Position numbers and translations under genes: made by a program. Positions 25,972-35,538 of a DNA stretch of 35,538 bases are shown one piece after another (within the stretch, counting starts at the first letter, position 1; each line of letters starts with the position of its first letter). Location: positions 1 through 35,538 of the forward strand of contig JASJQH010000063.1 of the NCBI GenBank assembly GCA_040143965.1. Reading direction: 5' to 3'. This DNA is from Basidiobolus ranarum (Eukaryota). Below the pieces are notes generated by a model. It saw only the letters and a list, made by a program, of their open reading frames with translations, had not been told where the DNA came from and ran no database searches.

Positions 25972-26331
25972 TCTGAAATCATCCCTTCATTTTAGACACA
26001 TTCGTGTTCAACTGTTATCTATATATTTTTAATTATTACGCTCCTAACCAGTGTACAATAAATAGATTGTTGCTAATAACGTGGCCTAGCCAACACAGTG
26101 CTAGACCAAATCATTATCAAGTGGCTTAGCTTTCTAATCAACTCATCGCTGAGGAATACTTAAAATAGAATGGGCCCTTTCATGGAGCATTTTGATCAAC
26201 AGGGATGCTAGTGATAAGTCTAGGGAGAAGTTGACAAGGAATAGTTGACATTGAATAGGAAAGCACTGAGAATGAATTACAAGGAAACGACATCCATACA
26301 TTTTATTGGGAATAAAAGGAACAAATAGGGC

Positions 26332-26373
26332 TGAACAGGTATGAAGAAAGATTGAACAGGTATGAAGAAAGAT
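26332..26373. repeat. Perfect 21-bp tandem duplication
   Basis: TGAACAGGTATGAAGAAAGAT at 26332-26352 and 26353-26373. Confidence 0.9.
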
Positions 26374-26492
26374 GATTCAAACTTTCGATACGCTTATCTG
26401 GTATAGTTAAATGAGGGTAAAGACATCAATACGAATTACTAGATCTGCTGCTTACGGTGATAGAATGACGCTACACGGGCATCAGGAGCACA

Positions 26493-28949
26493 TCAAGATT
26501 GTGCGAGTTTATCAGCAGCGCGGCGCAAATCAGTCAATGAACTATTCAAAGTGTCTCTAAAGACATCACTATCGGTTTCTTTACAACTCCTCCAACTTGA
26601 AATACTGAACTTCATATTGTTTTTGCCAATAGCATAGTTTACTCCGTATCCTTCAGGCACCACTGCACCAAAGCCGCCATAAAAATGATCACCAGGACTC
26701 ATGTTTGAAGTGGAGAGTTTGAAATACATGGACTTGATATAGGATGGATCGGAGAAAATGGTGGCGGCCTCACGCTCAGCATCTGTCTCAATTACTGATC
26801 GAAGTCCTAGAAGATGTCTATCCACCCCTTTGCCACCACTGGCAGCCTTCATATACTCCAAATGAGACGCTATAGCCTTATTGAATAGGATCAACTTCTC
26901 ACGCTCCTTCAGAAAAGAATGATGTTAGAGGTGCGGTTAAAAGGGAAATAAATGCGTATCTACAAACATCAATAGAATCGTCATCAAATGCCTCCACAAA
27001 AGCTACACTATCTGATGAGCATACACGAACTGTCTCGGTTCTGCCATATGCGAAAGCACGGGTTGATGCAGTTTCATAAGTGGGGCAGCTTTCGCCATAC
27101 TGTCTATAATATGCCAACTGAAGCGCCATCTGAACAAACGCATCCGGACTAACCTTAACTAATAAAACTTATTAGAAAACAAAGTCCCGGAAGTACGAGC
27201 AAATTGGAATCTTACTCTGCTTTATCCAATCTGCACCGTAGTTATTGTAATGAAGACAAAGACTTTGAATGCTCTTAATGAACTTTTTGGCATTCGACTC
27301 TGCTTCCTTGATTGCGTCCGTCACTTGATCCGGAACTGACCAACAGAGGTGTTCAGGAGGGGTCAATTCTACGGAAGTGTCGGTCTCATCCTTCTCATTC
27401 TCCCTATTATCACTTGTGAGAAATTGATTGTAGTTAAAGTAATCTGCATATAAGCCCTCACCTTGAAACAATATAATTGAAGATTCCACCGGGAACAGCA
27501 GCATCGACCGGTGAGTGCTAGATGTCAAGATATTTAGAATACACAATTGAAATCCGACCCATGTGTTTGATCTACCTCTCCGTTCACCCCAGCCACTCCA
27601 TTGTTAGCAACTATAAATTGGAGTGGTTTGTCAAACCATCTGTTTTTAGCATCGCCTCGATGAAAGATATGGTGATGGGCATGATCAGCATCACCGTCAG
27701 GGCCTATATCATCCAGACACAGTACAAATAGTGACTCGTCAATGTTTTTGAAAGTTTGCGCATTTTCAGGTGACTTGGAGAGCTCATTTCGAATCTTCAG
27801 TAATACAACACTAATTAGCAAGAGTTAAACGACCTTGACAATAATTCTATGTACCTTGCCCCAAACATCTCGATGCTCAGAAGTCAATATTCCGACTGAT
27901 GCCTGTTCCTCAGGTAAGTTTTGGACCGCATCGACTACTTTGTGAAGTTGACTGAAACAAAAATCATAAGCCATTAGTGGATGGAGTACGATGAGTTAGA
28001 ACTAAAAGGTATGTACTCTTTTATCTGCTTCGTTGATACCACTTGTCCATTTTCACCGAGAACGTTGACTTTGAAAAATTGATCCTTGGCCATAACAATA
28101 ATATACTTTGCAGTGGCAGGATAATTGTAGATCAGTCTGTCTCGAGTGGCGTCGGCAATTCTAGCCGTGCCAAAGATTCGTTTGTATTGGTTCATGCATA
28201 GGGGAGTCTTACGAAGCTGGTCTACAGGCAATTCCTGCCTAAACATTTGTCAGTACTTTAGTAGTAACATATGAGACTAGATGAATATTATGTACTTGTT
28301 GACTAAATCATTGAACTCTAGGACATTTTTGACAAAGCTGGAAGCTCTTTCAATTTGTGCATCAGAGAAACTTCCCTTCTTCGTTTCTACAATGCCTTGG
28401 GGTGGGTTGTTGAACGTACACCACCAATTGACATTAAGAAGAACTGGTTCACGATACTCCAGATAAGCTTTATTGACCCAAATATCTTCCAACCAAGAGA
28501 ACTATACAAAAAATATTGAGTTTAGGCGAAAGAAATTGAGTAGGAAATATCACACACCTCGGTATTTTTCTCCAGGGTAACGAGTCGTTTCTGGAGAGTC
28601 TCACCTAACCCATTTGGCTTTACGAATGCACCGACAGCCTGCGCAGCTCTTTCAAACTCTTCATTATTCTTTAATACGGGCTCTAAGCTTCTCAAATATC
28701 TATCGGCTGTTTCATGTAAATCTGGAATAGGTAATCTTGGTAAATTTTCTTGGTTTTGGAAAGTACCCTCGGTTTTTAGAGAAACAAATGTGCGGTAAGC
28801 TGGATATAAAACACTTTTAATGGATAAAGAAAAAAGGTGAATACTTGCACAATCAGGTTGTCAGAGTTCTAATAAAGCACTAACCGTAAACTTGTCCTTT
28901 TAGCTTGCAAAAGATTGCTTGAAAATGAGCGCAAAGCTAATACTGACAT
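26493..28949 (-). CDS. Carnitine O-acyltransferase (carnitine acetyltransferase-like) with mitochondrial presequence (multi-exon)
   Basis: Basic, Ser/Leu-rich N-terminus [22 protein letters not shown]. Motifs [26 protein letters not shown], catalytic [55 protein letters not shown] and [14 protein letters not shown]. Confidence 0.93.
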
Positions 28950-29477
28950 GGAGAGAGACTGCTATAAAACAAGCTAACAAGGAGCAACTTCAATGTGACT
29001 GGACATATAAAGGATTCCTAAATAGGTGGCATTTTCTAGGAGTATAGGTTTGTCATCAGAAATGACTTGTTACATTTGGGCTGGGAACAAATGCTCGCTA
29101 TTTCCATTATTGCGATGCTAAATTTGTATGTTCTTACAATTCTGTATCACCACATATATATATACTAACCATAACACAATTCCACATGAAACCTAGATAT
29201 TCTCATTCACGTGAATTCAATCCAACCTGCATGAACACGATAATCTAATTCATGCTTGTAACAAAACTCTGAATGATCATGATTTGGATATTCCATTATT
29301 TGAACGTCCGTCATGTCCTGTAAGAATACAGACCGTCATAGACGCACACTATTTTGAATTGTAATGATTTTATTACAAATGGAGAAATAATGAATGCCCA
29401 TCACCATATCAAGAAGCTATACGATTGTCCAATAGGATCAAAAAATTAAATAAGGAACAAAAATGTGTACATCTAAA

Positions 29478-31003
29478 TTATGGGATATATTGCCATACTC
29501 GAACAACTCCATCATCACCGCCACTTGCAAAGATATATCCGAATTCCTCTTTTGGGTTCCAGACTACGGAGTTCACGTCGTGTACTCCGTGTGCACTTTC
29601 AACAGACGCAACTACGTTGAGCTTCACTGACTCCGCGTCTTCCGCTGTTTTCTATGGGAAAGGTTAGCTCTCTTCGGTTGTTTTATAGAAGTTGGAAATA
29701 TCGCTAGTTACCTCCTCAAATACATGGATAGCATTGTCATCGCCCCCACTGATCAAATGTCCATGATGCTTAGACCATGACACGCTGTAAATGGCTCGTT
29801 TATGGCACCCTTTAAGTGTAGTAATACACCTCCAAGGGCAGGTGCTTTGATAGGTGTTGAGACCTTTGTTTAAAGAATAGGGAAGCGAAAAACATTAGCT
29901 TTGACTAAAAAAATTAAGCTGAGTTGATACTAACTGTGATCATTAGAGGAGCCTTCACGTTTCCAGATCTTCAGAGTTTTATCATCACTGGCAGAAACTA
30001 TACGTTTGACAAGTTGATAGGGTCAACAAGCGTCAAAGGACCAAAGTATACGTAAAAATTACCGAGTCGATTCCCTGTTGCATCAAAATCGATTGCCCAC
30101 ACTGTAGACTCGTGTCCCTCTAAAGTGGCAGTGCAATACCAGTCATCATCTTGCTCTGCCCAAATTTTGATTACATCGTCATAACCAGCAGAGGCCAAAA
30201 TCTAGATAATCTTTATATTAAGCAAAAATCATGTATATGGGCTTTTTTCAATCAATACCTCCTCGCTTGGATGCCATTTCACAGTTTTGACATCCTGGCT
30301 GTGCTCTTGAAGTACGGCTAAACATTCAAAGTCATCATGGGAAGCAGCTAAATACCAAATCAATATCAACAGAAATATACGTAATAAGATTGGTGATGAT
30401 GGTTGAATACCTTCCCAGATCCAAACACTCTTATCCCTACTACAAGTAGCAATCAAAGATCCTGTAGCTGACCAAGAGACACTTTTAACTTCGTTTTCGT
30501 GGCCTTCTAGAGTAGCCGCACAGTCGAATTCTTAAGAGAAAGAAAATACCGAATAATTTAGATATTACTAGAACACTATACATAAAAGGGCCGAAAGATA
30601 ATATTCTCAAATTTCCATACCCCCATTTTCACTTCTATCCCAAATACCAGTAGTTCCATCGAAACTTCCAGTAGCGATTACCTCGCCTGAAGGAGAATAT
30701 TGGACACTTCGAATAGTACGTTGATGAAAACCTTCAAGTAGGCTTACACAGTTCCAGCTAGGCTTCCCTGGATTAAACTCATCGGGTACCCACACTCTAA
30801 CTGTCTTATCACCACTACAGGAAGCTAATTGTGTTCCACTAGGATCCCAAGAAACTTGCCAAACGCGATCTTCGTGACCTGTTCATGAAATGGCAGATTA
30901 GTCAACAAGAAGTACACAGCAATAAAAGGCATTTCTTGGCACAAATAGACTCAAGCATATATCAAGTACCCTCTAATTCAGCGATTAATTCTAGTCTAGG
31001 CAT
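29478..31003 (-). CDS. CIA1: Cytosolic Fe-S assembly WD40 protein Cia1/CIAO1 (multi-exon)
   Basis: [74 protein letters not shown] and LEGHESTVW. Ends [16 protein letters not shown], stop at 29478-29480. Confidence 0.95.
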
Positions 31004-32711
31004 TCTTTCTTTATAACTATTTCACAAACAATCAATATTTCTGGAATAGTACAAACTATGAGGCTTCTTCAACTAATTACAAGAGTTGGTTAAACACGGA
31101 AATAAAGTAAAAGAAACGCTTCTATCAAATACGAGGTTACTTTTCAACGAAATTTTTTACTCCCAACGTGAGAATCAGATAATGTTCAATCTATAAGAAC
31201 CTGAGCTTTTTAACCTCTCCTAATCCATCTTGAGATATTTATCAGATTACCGAAAACCAACCAATTCCAACCATGCTTATTATGGAACAGGATTTCCGAA
31301 TTAAGAAATCTGATCATCAGATAAGGAAATAGGAATGGATAAACTCGAGACAATCAAACAAATTAATTCTTACCAAATTCTCAGCTCAGTGACTAAAATG
31401 TACGCAGAGTCACCCCTTATTAGCATGTGCTCAGCTCCCATATATAAACAAAGGCCCACTTTTTAGAATCCCTGATTATATGAGCTCAATCTCTCACTAT
31501 CCAAACTATAATACTATATACTAGAATGAAATCAGCTGCAAAGTGATTTTGATATTGAATCTACTGTTACTGTAGGGTTGGCCAGTGTTAGGACTAGGCA
31601 GTATGAAATCCATGCAACATGCACGTCATAATGACTTTCATATATTTACCACTTGTTGCACGTTGTACAGATGAAAATCTCCCAGTCGGAAACAAAACCT
31701 TTCGTGATTATCGTGGCAATCTGTCCTCAGGACCAAATTTAGTCATTTCACTATAAACTACTACTAATTGAGAGATGCGCTAATCAAGAGATGTGCTCAG
31801 TTGTCGTCGTCGCAACCATATTGGCAAGGTTCAAGAATAGTCAATCTTTCAAAGCATCTATATAGCTTGCCGCTCGCTACTCCGCCTTTATGAATTCTAG
31901 TGTCAACCCAATCAGTAGAGGTATTTCCGCTAGCATGCTGTGTCATGATTGGACGATAAACATCACAAGAATGATTAAATAATTTACTTTTTCTTGGTAA
32001 CCCGTCGATCAGCTTGCAAGTGAACACCAAATCTCGATTTTATTACATTGATTTGAGTAAACTAAAATACCTGAATCTTGAATTTCCGGTATTTTCTCTT
32101 GCTTAAACATGGGATGTTAAAGTACTGGCTGACCCCTCAAATTACATTTGCGATGCAGAATATTAAAATAAGCAAAAGAAAAACGTCATTTTCACGTCCA
32201 CAATCTCTATTTATTACTAATTTGAGCCTGAGGTCAAGTTAAATCCTACCATATCTGATCTTTGCAGCTCAAAATTCGTTCGCTACTATTTCAATACTTC
32301 TCTTTTTCATTTACCCTTTTGGTTCCCCTTGAGCTTCTGGTATTTCCCCCCTCATTTAGTCTTAAACTAATACTTCTTATCCTCATTTCGCCATACATTC
32401 TCCGACTGTTGCAACTGACTTATTTTGAGACAAACCTACCCACAAATTAACCCTCTTTCGTTGACGTTAAATATATACACCGGCAATCTCGATAAAAACA
32501 TTTGCCATTCACTTTATGGTATGAACATGGACTTATTTTGCTTATCTACTTATCAGTCACCTATATACGACCATTAACTCGATATATTTTTTATTCGCAT
32601 GCCAGGCATGACAAAACTACCTATTATTAAGCTAGTTTTGAATTGATACCTATTTTGAAGCAAGTCCATTTATATAATTCGAAAGATCTGCAAACAAGAC
32701 GCGACCCAAAT

Positions 32712-34190
32712 ATGTCGAAGGTCGAAAGTGGTACTTGTTTCTGATTGATTTTCCTTTTACTATATTCAACCCTCTTTACTTACCAAGTCCTTCGATATGT
32801 CTATTTTTAATGGGTTGACTTTAGATCGATCACGCCCTTCACCTACAGCTGAAATGTCTAACGATTTCCTAAATCCCAGTTCGAAATTGGATCAGGAACC
32901 AAATCCGTTTGAGCAGAGTTTTAGTACTATCGCTGGAACAGAGGACTCAGCAACAAACGATGTTACATCGAAAAGTATTTTACCTCCTATAGCTAATATA
33001 GATACACCACAGGCTCCTACCAATATTCATAGTTGGGGTCCTCAATCATTACGTTCAGGTCCTTTGTCACCTTCCATGTTACTGGGTCCACAGAATTCAC
33101 TTGTCTCGGGTGGTCGCAATAACTTCAGTCCATATGGCGCACAGCCATCCCCTATGACTGCAGCTTTGCTTGGTGCAGCGGCTCAAGTTAGCCCAAGTTT
33201 CCTAAGAAATGTACCTGAGACTACAAATCTACAATTAAACGTATCTAGTGTAGATAGAAAAGATGGCAAGGGTGCTGGTGTATCCGAGATAGCCAACCCT
33301 CAGACGCAGGCCTCAAATTCTTTGAACTTGCCTTCGAAAGAAACAACCACAAATTTATCTGCCAATACTGAAAATCACAGCCACCAGCAATTCAACGCTG
33401 TTGGTCAAGGGAATACTACTCGTCAAAAAGTCACACACAGAAAGAAAGAAGTCGATGGATCGAAGACACATCAAGACAAAGATAAAACAAAATTCAGCAA
33501 AAGAAGAAAGAGCACCGCTAGTGCTGCTTCTGGTGAAGGAAACGAGTTATCTGAAGATGAAGGATCAGACAATGATAAGAGTCAAGGTGACAGCAAATCT
33601 GATAAAAAATATAAAGCGGAGAGTTCAGATGATAAGAGGAAAAGCTTCTTGGAACGTAATCGTCAAGGTATTATTTAACATTGATGTTTTTGAAGCTATT
33701 AATATCTAAACTATTTAATTTAAAATCGTTAGCTGCCCTGAAATGCCGCCAACGCAAGAAACAGTGGTTGAACAATTTACAGGCCCAGGTTGAATACCTA
33801 TCTCAGGAGAACGAGACGCTTCAAAGTCAAGCAACAAGTCTAAGAGAAGAGATCATTAATCTCAAGACACTATTGTTGGCTCATAAGAACTGCCCCGTAG
33901 CTCAAGCTAATGGAGTTATTGGGATTGAAGGCCTTGTTCCTGTGATGGGTGGCCCTCCAGCACATATGGGATTACCGCAAATGAGCGCACCTATGAATAT
34001 GTTAGGGATGCCGCAGGGAATGCCCGGTGCTCCAGGTGGAATGAACCCGATCAGTGTACCACCACGGATCCAAGGTCAGGCAATACATCGGGCTCCCACA
34101 AATATAGGCATGGAAGGGAGTGGGGTTCATGATATACAATCTATAAACGGGAATTTACCGGCAGGGTCACACCCCATGATGAGGTTCTAG
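32712..34190 (+). CDS. ATF1: ATF/CREB-family bZIP transcription factor, Atf1/Sko1-like (3 exons)
   Basis: KLDQEPNPFEQSF (Aft1 OSA motif), SLRSGPLSPSMLLGP (HRA motif) and bZIP KRKSFLERNRQ|AALKCRQRKKQWLNNLQAQVE...LREEIINLKTLLLAHKNCPV. A probable 19-nt first exon at 32712-32730 splices in phase to 32825. Confidence 0.93.
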
Positions 34191-34659
34191 TAGTTGTTGG
34201 TTCTCTTACTGTATTTCTCACTCGATTTGTAGATATTATTTTATGTTCATCTTTGTTCCGTATTTTGCTCGAATTTTCTCTTTCTTATTCAAATTATTGC
34301 CACTAAGACAAAAAAAGTGAGGGTATGTTTGAATTCTTGCTTAATATCCTCTACTCTAGAGATCATCCTTCTGCATTGGCTCTAATACTTCCTTTTCTGT
34401 ATTTTCTTATATAAAGTTGTGAGAATATCTCAGCCTAATTTTACTTTCATGTTCGGGATGACCTCATATATTGGCTAATGATTCAATTCATATTTTACAA
34501 ACATCATTGAATATGAAAAGATGAATGAATTAATTTCGATCAAGAAATCATAAATTAATCAAATGATCGTCTTATCACGTGATTTTATTTTACACCATAA
34601 TCTCCCTATTCGTGACTTGACGATCTCTAAATCATTCTGCTAACAGTGTTTTACTCACT

Positions 34660-35342
34660 ATGTTGGCTAAAGCTCTAAAAGAACATAATGCCAAACAGGC
34701 ATCTATACGTAAACAAAATGGTAAAATAGAAGGATCTAAACCAAGTGTTAGTAATTATTTCTAACCTAATGAAATAATAACCTGTGGTTTACTTTTCTTC
34801 TTAGAGCAACTTCGACGAGAGGCAGTAAAATCTTTAAATGATTTGACCGACTGTCTATCAGATAACTTAAACGAACGGTATAGAAATTTGATTTTATTAT
34901 TAGACTTGCTCAAGTTGGTGACAACTTATTTAACCCTTTATTTTCTACTCCTCGTTATGACTTAGTGTAGCCCAAGTATATTCCAATCAGAAAGAACTCG
35001 AGCAATCGGCCAAAAAAATTAGTTTACAAGCTCATAAATATTCTAAACAAGCCAAAAATTGGTTACAACTCATTGACCAGTTCAATAGTGCACTTAAGGT
35101 AGCTTTCACTCTTATTTTGTATTAGTTCTTTTAGTAAATGATGTTTTGTTGGCTATCTTAGGAATTGGGAGATGTTCAGAATTGGGCGGAAGTCATTGAA
35201 CAAGACATGCGAGATGTGACTAAAACTTTGGAGCTAGTTGCAAGTAAAGTATCCCAGTATTCCAATCTATTTTTTATTCCTAAATTTGACAATATCCCCC
35301 TTTCATAATGTTGCAGGCTCTAGCGAAACCAATACTCTTTGA
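34660..35342 (+). CDS. BLOC1S1: BLOC-1/BORC subunit 1 (BLOC1S1/GCN5L1/Blos1), 5 short exons; not in the ORF track
   Basis: Spliced translation MLAKALKEHNAKQASIRKQNEQLRREAVKSLNDLTDCLSDNLNERVAQVYSNQKELEQSAKKISLQAHKYSKQAKNWLQLIDQFNSALKELGDVQNWAEVIEQDMRDVTKTLELV contains the family signature FNxALKELGDVxNWA. The last exon and stop are uncertain. Confidence 0.9.
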
Positions 35343-35538
35343 ATACAATGCACTGTACTTCTCAATATAAATGGAAACGTCTTACATTTGCCTTGTTTAA
35401 TCCGAATTTCAACTTGTATATACTTATCCTCTCGTTTCTCTAATAAATATACACTTGTTTATAGAGGATCCTAGAAGTATTGTCTGAATAATGTATTTAA
35501 ATAGGTTTATATCCGAAACAATTACATGAATTCCGAAA

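Noticed and set aside
31681-31700. CCCAGTCGGAAAC resembling SRP RNA helix 8
   Set aside because: The required 3' side of the symmetric loop (AGCAG) is absent.
31797-32450. Short ORFs 31797-32030 and 32262-32450
   Set aside because: Non-ATG starts and no homology cues. The second reflects a pyrimidine-rich promoter/leader tract.

Overview
AT-rich, gene-dense eukaryotic genomic DNA with many short (about 50-110 nt) GT-AG introns. The gene content (Sla2, Inn1/Fic1-like C2 protein, Atf1-type bZIP, Rif1 with N-terminal PP1 motifs, ELL, BLOC1S1) points to an early-diverging fungus; Zoopagomycota/Mucoromycota, possibly Basidiobolus-like, is inference only. The six-frame ORFs are mostly single exons, which I assembled into 14 genes: a secreted dockerin + alkaline-phosphatase-superfamily enzyme (partial, left edge), NUP53/NUP35, ELL, GTR1/RagA, SLA2, an intronless 7TM receptor, an MFS transporter, an Inn1/Fic1-like C2 protein, RIF1, MTQ1/HemK, carnitine acetyltransferase, CIA1, ATF1 and BLOC1S1 (the last is absent from the ORF track). 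The outlier is the first gene: a bacterial-type duplicated Ca2+-loop dockerin fused to a phosphatase/phosphodiesterase domain, with a signal peptide, a TATA box and a probable spliceosomal intron. It is a likely domesticated horizontal transfer and may imply a cohesin-dockerin assembly in a fungus. No rRNA, tRNA, CRISPR array or transposon was recognised. Family calls come from motif recognition, not database searches, and exon boundaries are manual predictions.
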